In this document: one piece after another, positions 17,641-24,929 of the stretch
Layout: the number at the start of each line of letters is the position of its first letter
How positions within the stretch are numbered: position 1 is the stretch's first letter
DNA from: Pyrinomonadales bacterium
GTDB lineage: Bacteria > Acidobacteriota > Blastocatellia > Pyrinomonadales > Pyrinomonadaceae
Assembly: GCA_038248245.1 (NCBI GenBank)
Contig: JBBRUA010000001.1
Location: 1 to 37,733, forward strand
Length of the DNA: 37,733 nt
Reading direction: 5' to 3'
Program-made: the position numbers and the translations under genes
Notes under the pieces: generated by a model
Told to the model about the DNA's origin: nothing
Databases searched by the model: none
Seen by the model: only the letters and a program-made list of their open reading frames with translations

Positions 17641-17907
17641 CCATGGTTATGGCTACCGCCGGGATCTGAGTTTTCCGTTTCGAGACGCTCTCGAGGCCAC
17701 AGCACATCGTCTGAAATACCGATCGAGGAACGCGAAGCAATGGGACTTAGCGAGGGTCTCATACGGTTTTCCGTTGGCCTCGACAACGATATAGAACTCT
17801 CTTTCGAGCGGATAAAACGCGGCCTTTCTGATATCGGCGTTATTCAGAATAGGCCGTTAACCATTGCTTTTCTTGTTTTGCCGCCTCAAGTCTTTTTGCG
17901 TTTGTAA
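17641..17907 (+). pseudogene. Relic of the C-terminus of a Cys/Met-metabolism PLP-dependent enzyme (MetB/MetC/MetY family)
   Basis: The frame starting at 17701 reads 'STSSEIPIEEREAMGLSEGLIRFSVGLDNDIELSFERIKRGLSD'. This matches the family's C-terminal signature (...GI..gLIRLSVGlEd.dDL..DL..AL). No upstream ~350-aa body is present, and the frame is broken upstream. Confidence 0.4.
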
Positions 17908-17946
17908 AACTGATGTAAAATTAGCATTCGTAGGTATATAAATTTT

Positions 17947-19353
17947 ATGTCAGAAGCAATAGAAAAAGCAATTAACACGCGTATTGAGACCGACTCGATG
18001 GGCGAGATCGTGGTCAAGTCGGAGGCGTATTGGGGAGCGCAGACGCAGCGGTCGTTGAAGCATTTTGACATCGGGTTTGATGTGATGCCGCGCGAGGTCA
18101 TTCGGGCGCTTGGGATATTGAAGAAGGCGGCGGCGATCGTTAATTTCGATTTGGGAAAACTGCCTGAAAATACGAAAGACCTGATCGTGCAGGCGGCCGA
18201 CGAGGTGATCGAGGGCAAGCTCGACGCCCATTTTCCGCTTCGTGTGTGGCAGACCGGTTCCGGAACGCAGACGAATATGAACGCCAACGAGGTCATCTCA
18301 AACCGAGCGATCGAGATCGCGGGCGGCGAGATGGGGTCGAAAACGCCGGTGCATCCAAACGACGACGTCAACAAATCGCAGTCGTCGAACGACACATTCC
18401 CGACCGCGATGTACATCGCCGCCGCCGAGCAGATGACGGCGCTCGTTCCCGAAGTCCAAAAGGTCCACGACGCGATCCACGCTAAGGCTGTCGAGTTTGC
18501 TGACGTAGTAAAGATCGGCCGCACGCATTTGCAGGACGCGACACCGATGACGGTCGGGCAGGAATTCGGCGGCTGGGCGTCGCTGGTGTCTCGTGACATT
18601 GACCGTTTAAGAATGGTAATGCCGGGGCTTTTCGATCTCGCGATCGGCGGCACGGCGGTCGGCACTGGCCTCAACGCTCATCCAGAATTCGCCCAGCGTG
18701 CAGCTGACAAGATCGCTGAATTGACAGGCTTGCCGTTCAAATCGCACCCCGACAAATTCGCTGCTCTCTCGGCACATGACGAAGTCGTCTTCGCATCGGG
18801 TGGCCTCAAAACCTTGTCCGGATCACTGATGAAGATCGCGAACGACATCCGCTGGCTCGCTTCCGGCCCGCGTTGCGGTATCGGCGAAATCTCGCTGCCT
18901 GAAAACGAGCCGGGAAGTTCGATCATGCCCGGCAAGGTCAACCCGACGCAGAGTGAGGCGATGACGATGGTCTCGGTGCAGGTCTTCGGCAATGACGCGG
19001 CGATCAGCTTTGCGGGTTCGCAGGGCAACTTCGAGCTGAATGTCTTCAAACCGGTGATGATCCACAATTTTCTGCATTCCGTGCGGCTTATCAAAGACGC
19101 GTGCCACGGCTTTGTCGATTATTGCATTAACGGCATCGAACTCAACCGCGATCAGATCGAGCATTACGTGCAAGACTCTTTAATGCTCGTCACGGCGCTC
19201 AATCAGCACATCGGTTATGACAACGCTGCCAAATTAGCAAAATACGCGCATAAAAAGGGCATCTCGCTCAAAGAATCAGCCGTCCAACTGGAGCTTTTGA
19301 CAGCGGAGAAATTCGACGAACTCGTGATCGCCGCGGATATGACACACCCGTAG
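17947..19353 (+). CDS. fumC: Class II fumarate hydratase
   Basis: The signature '[16 protein letters not shown]' is present, with '[10 protein letters not shown]' and 'SSNDTFPTA'. Length is 468 aa. Confidence 0.95.
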   Translation: MSEAIEKAINTRIETDSMGEIVVKSEAYWGAQTQRSLKHFDIGFDVMPREVIRALGILKKAAAIVNFDLGKLPENTKDLIVQAADEVIEGKLDAHFPLRVWQTGSGTQTNMNANEVISNRAIEIAGGEMGSKTPVHPNDDVNKSQSSNDTFPTAMYIAAAEQMTALVPEVQKVHDAIHAKAVEFADVVKIGRTHLQDATPMTVGQEFGGWASLVSRDIDRLRMVMPGLFDLAIGGTAVGTGLNAHPEFAQRAADKIAELTGLPFKSHPDKFAALSAHDEVVFASGGLKTLSGSLMKIANDIRWLASGPRCGIGEISLPENEPGSSIMPGKVNPTQSEAMTMVSVQVFGNDAAISFAGSQGNFELNVFKPVMIHNFLHSVRLIKDACHGFVDYCINGIELNRDQIEHYVQDSLMLVTALNQHIGYDNAAKLAKYAHKKGISLKESAVQLELLTAEKFDELVIAADMTHP

Positions 19354-19392
19354 GCAGTAGTGAGAAATAAGAAGACGGAAAGCAGGAATTCT

Positions 19393-20064
19393 ATGAAAAC
19401 ATTAGTCATCACACTGGTTTTGTTATTTAGCTCGTCGGCATTTGCTCAGCGTTCGTTCGACCTGAAGGACGCTTCTCCGTACTTTGACATCAAGGTCAAG
19501 GTCGCAAAATGCGACGATATGTACTGCTCCGGCAAGGCGACATTCTCGTTCTATAAGAAGGACGGGACTACGCCTTATCAGGTGATCAGCTTGCCCGACA
19601 CGTCGATTCAGTTAGACGAGGGCGGCGACGCTCTGGTTAATACGACAATGCTGTATGACAAACAGAGCGTCGTAAATATCGGCGATTATAATTTTGACGG
19701 CATGGACGATGTCGCACTTTGTAACGGTAATAATGGCCCGTATGGCGGCCCGTCTTACTCCGTCTATCTATCGTCAAAGGCCGCTAAGAAATTTGTTTAT
19801 AACCCGGCCTTTTCCAAATCGCTTGTGAGTTTAGGTATGTTCGAAGTCGATAAAGACAAAGAGCAGCTCACGACATTCAACAAAAGCGGCTGCTGCTGGC
19901 ACATCACGGAAAAATACTCTGTCGTCGCCGGGAGGCCTGTGAAAGTTTGGGAAGAGATCGAAGACGCCACGATCGCGGACGAGACAAAGGTCAAAATAAC
20001 AACCAAAACCCTCGTTGGCGGTAAGTGGAAAACGACAAGCAAATTCGTCAAACGTGAGCAGTAG
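19393..20064 (+). CDS. Secreted hypothetical protein with FG-GAP-like Ca-binding loop and 'SGCCWH' motif
   Basis: ATG at 19393. Signal peptide 'MKTLVITLVLLFSSSAFAQ'. Contains 'GDYNFDGMDDVALCNG' and 'FNKSGCCWHITEKY'. Confidence 0.7.
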   Translation: MKTLVITLVLLFSSSAFAQRSFDLKDASPYFDIKVKVAKCDDMYCSGKATFSFYKKDGTTPYQVISLPDTSIQLDEGGDALVNTTMLYDKQSVVNIGDYNFDGMDDVALCNGNNGPYGGPSYSVYLSSKAAKKFVYNPAFSKSLVSLGMFEVDKDKEQLTTFNKSGCCWHITEKYSVVAGRPVKVWEEIEDATIADETKVKITTKTLVGGKWKTTSKFVKREQ

Positions 20065-20091
20065 TAACGAACTTTTTGACTGAATTGCAAA

Positions 20092-20136
20092 GGTCCCGGG
20101 ATCGCCTATTTTGGCAATTCCGGGATCTTTTGTTTT
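20092..20136. terminator. Terminator hairpin between convergent genes (19393-20064 on + and PAAR on -)
   Basis: ggtcccgg (20092-20099) pairs with ccgggatc (20120-20127) for 8 bp including 1 G.U, and is followed by ttttgtttt on the + strand. Confidence 0.55.
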
Positions 20137-20632
20137 AGCCACCGATAAGAACCGTCATTTCGCCTTTCGTAATTGAATTTGGCGGGCCGATCGCCTCGAG
20201 TATCGTGTCTCCCATGCGTCCAGCGGGCAGATTATTAATCATTACTGTCGCCGAACCGGAAATATCGACGCCCGGGCCGTGAGGCGGAACGGGCGAAGGC
20301 ACGGCGCATGTATGAATATCAGCTCCGGCTGAGGCCGCCGTAATTGCACTCGACATCGCGGAAAGAGCGGCGGCTTTCGCGGCTTGTTCGGCAGCGACGG
20401 CGGCAGGTGCTCCCGGCGTACCGGCAGCGGCAACCGTTGCGGCGACCGCCGTTTGGATGGCAGCGTCCGCGGTCGACTTTGCCGCTTGCAACGCCGCCGC
20501 CGCCGCCAACGGTATACCACGCCACGCAGTCGCAAAACCGATCAGTACATTCGGGCTACCCGGCCCCACCGACAACGTCGGCGGCAAAGGATGTGCGGTC
20601 GTATCAACTAAAGCTCGTGCGGCTGGCGGCAT
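20135..20632 (-). CDS. PAAR-domain spike-tip protein with Ala-rich internal insertion
   Basis: The N-terminus is 'MPPAARALVDTTAHP...GSPNVLIG' and the C-terminus is 'HTCAVPSPVPPHGPG...VMINNLPAGRMGDTILEAIGPPNSITKGEMTVLIGG'. SD GAGGAA lies upstream. Confidence 0.85.
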   Translation of the reverse strand: MPPAARALVDTTAHPLPPTLSVGPGSPNVLIGFATAWRGIPLAAAAALQAAKSTADAAIQTAVAATVAAAGTPGAPAAVAAEQAAKAAALSAMSSAITAASAGADIHTCAVPSPVPPHGPGVDISGSATVMINNLPAGRMGDTILEAIGPPNSITKGEMTVLIGG

Positions 20633-20688
20633 AATATTCCTCTAACTAAAAATAACAATAAAGACGATCTTATCGATTCATCGTCCTA

Positions 20689-21378
20689 CTAGAATCGTTC
20701 GAACGAATCCGTGCGTCTCAGGATTTTCAAGCTTCCGAATTTTGGTCCGGACGAAAGTAGCTGTACGTCTTGCAAAAGAGTCGGTTTCCACAAACTGAGT
20801 GCTCCTGGGAGTGCAGCTTCCTTAACCTCAAGGTCTTCGGCTGCGTTGATGTAATGCATTGAGAACAGAATGTTTTGCGAGGTAGAGGGTTCCGTCTTAC
20901 TTGATGCATCCTTGACGAAATAGGGATTGTATTCGTCGACGGGCTCCGGTAGTTCGAATTTTCCCGACAACTCTCCTCCGGGCTCGACTTTAGTGGCAAA
21001 CGGAATGAGCCGCATCTCGACGCGGCGCGTTCGCGGCAGTGCGGCGAGGCCTTTGACGATGTGAAGCGTCCTGTCGTCCCGGAGCAATATATACACCGGC
21101 ATTGGAGCCTCTGCATAGCTGCCGTCCGCCGCAAACTCCCACAGCCGGTCAAAAACGTATATCGGACTTTTTGTAGTATTTTTGAGTTTATAGTTTACGG
21201 ACAGTCGCCCATTCTCAACACCTATGTCGGCGTTCAGCGAAACTCTGCCATTTTCTCCGTCTCGTTCTTCCATCATGGTAATGTTCCTTGTGCCGACTTC
21301 GGCGACGTTGGCGCGGCAGCCCGCGAATTCCCCTATAAGGCAGATCGTAATCAGTATCGTACTAACTTTCTCGTACAT
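20689..21378 (-). CDS. Hypothetical lipoprotein (candidate immunity protein for the VgrG toxin domain)
   Basis: The ATG lies 2 nt after the vgrG stop (TAATTATG). Signal peptide plus lipobox 'EFAGC'. No recognisable domain. Confidence 0.7.
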   Translation of the reverse strand: MYEKVSTILITICLIGEFAGCRANVAEVGTRNITMMEERDGENGRVSLNADIGVENGRLSVNYKLKNTTKSPIYVFDRLWEFAADGSYAEAPMPVYILLRDDRTLHIVKGLAALPRTRRVEMRLIPFATKVEPGGELSGKFELPEPVDEYNPYFVKDASSKTEPSTSQNILFSMHYINAAEDLEVKEAALPGALSLWKPTLLQDVQLLSSGPKFGSLKILRRTDSFERF

Positions 21379-21380
21379 AA

Positions 21381-24044
21381 TTACAATGTCGTATGGTCTC
21401 TTCGACGTGGAATGCCACGGTCGTCTCGATACTCATTGTCGCGATCAATAACATTGCTCTCAGCAATGGCCTGTCCCGGATGGGCTGGATCGGGCGTGTC
21501 ATCATCGCGTGCGTGAGCCCCGTCATCTGCGTGGGCCATCTCGTGATGCAGGCCAACGTCGGCCGGACGATCAATGCTCGGATTTGCAGATGTCGGTAGC
21601 GGCGTGCGATTATAACCGATCTCGCTATCCGTGCCGTTGCCTGTTCCTGTGCCACCGCCTAATGCCGGCTGGCCACTAGCAGCTGCGTCTTGATTATTAG
21701 CGAAATTCGTCACGTTGCCGCCCGTCGTTTCGCTGATGCCGACGGTGTGGCCGCTGTTATTTATGCTGTTCAGCGTGTTCATGCCTGTCGGATGGTTTGC
21801 CATCTCCGTCAAGTCAGCAAGCACCTGATCCTGGAAATCCGGGTTCGCCGGGTTTGGGCGGATCACTATGCCGTTTCCAACAGTGACGCTTCCATCTGCG
21901 TTTCTGGTAGTTGCAAATGGAGGTGCGTGTTGACCTGTTAGGTTACGTCGTCTGCGGCCACCACCACCACCACTTCGCGGACGATCTAGATAACCCGGCT
22001 CTCCGGTGTCCGCCACTTCCGCATCCAGTGGATCATCGATCGCGGCTGGTGCGGTACCCGCTGCGGCCCCGCCCGAATTGATCTTCACAATCGGGCCAGA
22101 GATCGTCACGCCTGAAAGATCGACCGTAATAAAACTGCCGCCGACCTTTAGACTGATATTTGTCAGTGCCTCAAGCGTGATCGACTGAGCATTGACCTCG
22201 TTCTTACCGGTAACGACGATCTGTCGGCCGCCTTTGACCTCTTCGACTAGATCGCCTTTGATTCCTTCGTTGAGTTTGCCGTCAATTCCAATATACTTAT
22301 CGCCTTTCACATGTAGGTCGTAGTTACCGCCGACGGAGATTGCGAGGTTGCCGCCTGGCTGATTGTCGCTCCGCATGCCGATCGATTCCTGGCGATTGCC
22401 GCCGCAGGTTTCGTACATCGAGCCTTTCACTCTGAGGTCATATCGCTTTTGCGATCGGATGAAAACCTGCTCTTTGCCTGCCTTGTCCTCGAAACGCAGT
22501 TCGTTGAATCCTTTGCCGTCGTCGGGTGAGGTTCGCGTTTTGATGTACGTCAGCGTTTTGAATTTCGGCAGTTCGTAGTGCGGCATCGTCTCGGGGTTGT
22601 ATGCCGAACCGATGATGATCGGCTGATCGGGGTCGCCGCCGAGAAAATCGACGATGACCTCTTGCCCTACACGCGGAATGAACATCGTGCCCCATTTATT
22701 GCCCGCGATGTTGGTCGCGACGCGCAGCCAGCATGACGAGGTCGCATCGAGCTGACCGAGTCGGTCCCAGTGGAAATGCACCTTCACGCGGCCATATTTG
22801 TCGACAAAGATCTCTTCGCCGGACGGACCGGTGACGGTCGCAGTCTGGCTGCCGTAAACGATCGGCTTTTCGGTCCGGCGCAACGGACGGAACGGAGCCT
22901 GTCCTTCGCCCTGCGGAATACTGGTGAAACTCACGGAGTAAGCATTCGAGATCGCGTCATCGGAAACGTAACCGGGCGATTGGACGGCCTCGGTCCTGAC
23001 GGTAACAAGGACATGATTGCGGTTATTCGCGGCGATCGGATGCGTGGTCAACTGAAAACGATATCCGGCGGTTATCGCACAGCAATCGGCACTGCCGGGA
23101 CTACTTTTATAGGCAACATCGATCTCCTCCTGACGGATCCCCACCGTCCGTGTGCGGTCGTCAAAAACTTTCTGCAAAACGCTTGGCTGTTCGCCTCCGC
23201 CGGAGTCTATTCCGTCAAAGCGTTTCGCATATTCGCCCGGATGATCGTAAACCTCGATGTCCTGATTACCGCCGATATTAAAGCGGCTCATCTGGACGGC
23301 CTCAAGCGAATTCGTCGGGAGCTGGAAGTTATAATCGCGAAGCGTAAATTTACCGGCCCGCACCTTGTTCGCGACCCGCCACGAAGTCACACGTCCCGAC
23401 CATTCTTCCTGATCTGCCGCAATGTCTTCGGCGAAAGGTATCTCCGCTTTCGTCGGACATGGACGATGCGATCCCGGCGTATTGCCAATCACCAGCCGGT
23501 GCGAATCGGCGGTGTGTTCGAAATAATAGTAGATTCCTTCTTCTTCCATCAGCCGCGAGGCGAAGTTGAAGTCGGATTCGCGATACTGAACGCAGTAATT
23601 TCGCGGTTCGAATGTTCCCTGGATCTCATCGTCGTACTCGTAACCGTCAAAAACCCGGCGCAAGATCTCCGGCACCGATTGATTCTGAAAGATGCGGCTT
23701 TGCGAGTTTTGTGAGAGTAGCCAGAATTCCGGTACGAGTTCTGCCTTGTACTTTGAGAAGCGCTCGTTGCGATTGCCCTGCGTGAAATCGACGCAGATGC
23801 CATTAAAAAAGCGTTCGGCACCGTCGGCCTGCGTCACGCTGACGGTCATTTTTTGTCCCAGCAATTGCTGCGGATCGATGAGCGTCGGTTCGTTGCCGGC
23901 CTCCTCTTCCTCGTGCAGCATCTCAAGCTCAAAACGAAAAAGCTGCGAAATACCCTCGGCCGCACGGATCCGTTTGATCAGCAAAAAATCCGCCGCCAGC
24001 GGCGTCGCCAAACTTAATAATCTACCTTCTTGCGTCGTTGACAT
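21381..24044 (-). CDS. vgrG: T6SS spike protein VgrG (TssI) with C-terminal HExxH metallopeptidase-like extension
   Basis: The gp27/gp5-like core includes 'WGTMFIPRVGQEVIVDFLGGDPDQPIIIGSAYN' and beta-helix repeats ending at 'PIVKINSGG'. About 235 extra residues follow and contain 'GLHHEMAHADDGAH'. Confidence 0.95.
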   Translation of the reverse strand: MSTTQEGRLLSLATPLAADFLLIKRIRAAEGISQLFRFELEMLHEEEEAGNEPTLIDPQQLLGQKMTVSVTQADGAERFFNGICVDFTQGNRNERFSKYKAELVPEFWLLSQNSQSRIFQNQSVPEILRRVFDGYEYDDEIQGTFEPRNYCVQYRESDFNFASRLMEEEGIYYYFEHTADSHRLVIGNTPGSHRPCPTKAEIPFAEDIAADQEEWSGRVTSWRVANKVRAGKFTLRDYNFQLPTNSLEAVQMSRFNIGGNQDIEVYDHPGEYAKRFDGIDSGGGEQPSVLQKVFDDRTRTVGIRQEEIDVAYKSSPGSADCCAITAGYRFQLTTHPIAANNRNHVLVTVRTEAVQSPGYVSDDAISNAYSVSFTSIPQGEGQAPFRPLRRTEKPIVYGSQTATVTGPSGEEIFVDKYGRVKVHFHWDRLGQLDATSSCWLRVATNIAGNKWGTMFIPRVGQEVIVDFLGGDPDQPIIIGSAYNPETMPHYELPKFKTLTYIKTRTSPDDGKGFNELRFEDKAGKEQVFIRSQKRYDLRVKGSMYETCGGNRQESIGMRSDNQPGGNLAISVGGNYDLHVKGDKYIGIDGKLNEGIKGDLVEEVKGGRQIVVTGKNEVNAQSITLEALTNISLKVGGSFITVDLSGVTISGPIVKINSGGAAAGTAPAAIDDPLDAEVADTGEPGYLDRPRSGGGGGRRRRNLTGQHAPPFATTRNADGSVTVGNGIVIRPNPANPDFQDQVLADLTEMANHPTGMNTLNSINNSGHTVGISETTGGNVTNFANNQDAAASGQPALGGGTGTGNGTDSEIGYNRTPLPTSANPSIDRPADVGLHHEMAHADDGAHARDDDTPDPAHPGQAIAESNVIDRDNEYRDDRGIPRRRDHTTL

Positions 24045-24115
24045 ATCTTTTTAGCAACAAACCGGTTGCAAAGTATAGACGTTATTTCCTTTATTTTTTG
24101 CTGAGGGATTTAACC

Positions 24116-24757
24116 TCAATGTCTCGTCGCATGCGTTGCACCCTCACCATCACGGTACGGATGTGGATTCGGATCGACCCGCGGATCATGAACGACGCCG
24201 TCCGCGTCACGCCACGAACTTGGATTGTTGTATTGGGCTATGATCATCCCTTCTCGGTTGTAAACGACAACCGGACCTTCCCACTCGCCAAATTCGATCG
24301 CCGATTCTTCGCAGGAGAATAGTTGGCACGATTCGACCGTGAGATACGCCTGAACTTCGCGGGCAGCGGTCACCTCGGCGTGAGCATTCATAGCCATTTG
24401 CCGGCAAAGTTCGTCGCCGTCGCCGAATTCGGTCAGATCCGTCTCAGCGGCGTGGCATACGAACAGGATGATCCGGTCGATCTTGTCCCGCAACTGTTGG
24501 AACATATGAATCGTCCGGAAACTGATCATATCACCCGTAAATTGAATGGCCGACGTGCGCTCGTCGCGAACGGTGACGCCGTGAGCCATGATGTATAGAT
24601 TACGGATGCCGTTATGTTCATCGGCGATCGTGAGCGTACGGGCGATAAAATCACGCATACGCGTGTGCTCATCAACCTCGAATGCGATTGTCCCAGCGGT
24701 CGAAAGCGGAGTTCGGCCTATCAGGTTAGTGTCATGTGCGATCACGTTTATCGGCAT
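24116..24757 (-). CDS. Uncharacterised cytoplasmic protein with CHAT/DUF4347-like His...Cys arrangement
   Basis: ATG at 24757 follows GGAG. There is no signal peptide. 'NLYIMAHG' (H59) and 'RIILFVCHAAET' (C101) each sit at the end of a hydrophobic strand. Confidence 0.7.
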   Translation of the reverse strand: MPINVIAHDTNLIGRTPLSTAGTIAFEVDEHTRMRDFIARTLTIADEHNGIRNLYIMAHGVTVRDERTSAIQFTGDMISFRTIHMFQQLRDKIDRIILFVCHAAETDLTEFGDGDELCRQMAMNAHAEVTAAREVQAYLTVESCQLFSCEESAIEFGEWEGPVVVYNREGMIIAQYNNPSSWRDADGVVHDPRVDPNPHPYRDGEGATHATRH

Positions 24758-24929
24758 AATTTATGCTCCAATTATTTATCTCCCAGATATTCCATCGTTG
24801 AATTGCTGAACGCTCCCTCGCTTTGTTTTCGCAGTGAATCGATCATCGAGCAACCAACGCCGGAGAAGCAAAAAGATCCGATCATCGCGAGGTTCTTGCG
24901 ATATGGGGTATTCATAATTCGAAAAACAA

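Noticed and set aside
17886-18674. A 262-aa minus-strand ORF overlapping fumC.
   Set aside because: It is antisense to a gene with the exact fumarase signature [16 protein letters not shown]. Its product is a Ser/Cys/Thr-rich sequence of no recognisable type.
22770-23714. A 314-aa ORF on the + strand inside vgrG. Many other 60-190-aa ORFs lie antisense or out of frame within clpV, tssC, tssF, tssA and PAAR.
   Set aside because: These are shadow ORFs of GC-rich genes on the opposite strand. Their products are Arg/Pro-rich low-complexity sequences with no motifs. The minus-strand frames carry unmistakable T6SS signatures.
24772-24915. A hand-translated 47-codon ORF in the clpV to 24757 intergenic region (MNTPYRKNLAMIGSFCFSGVGCSMIDS...), which has a signal/lipobox-like start.
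   Set aside because: It has no Shine-Dalgarno sequence and a non-canonical lipobox (GVG|C). It is very short, and I cannot assess its conservation. It is recorded only as a possibility.
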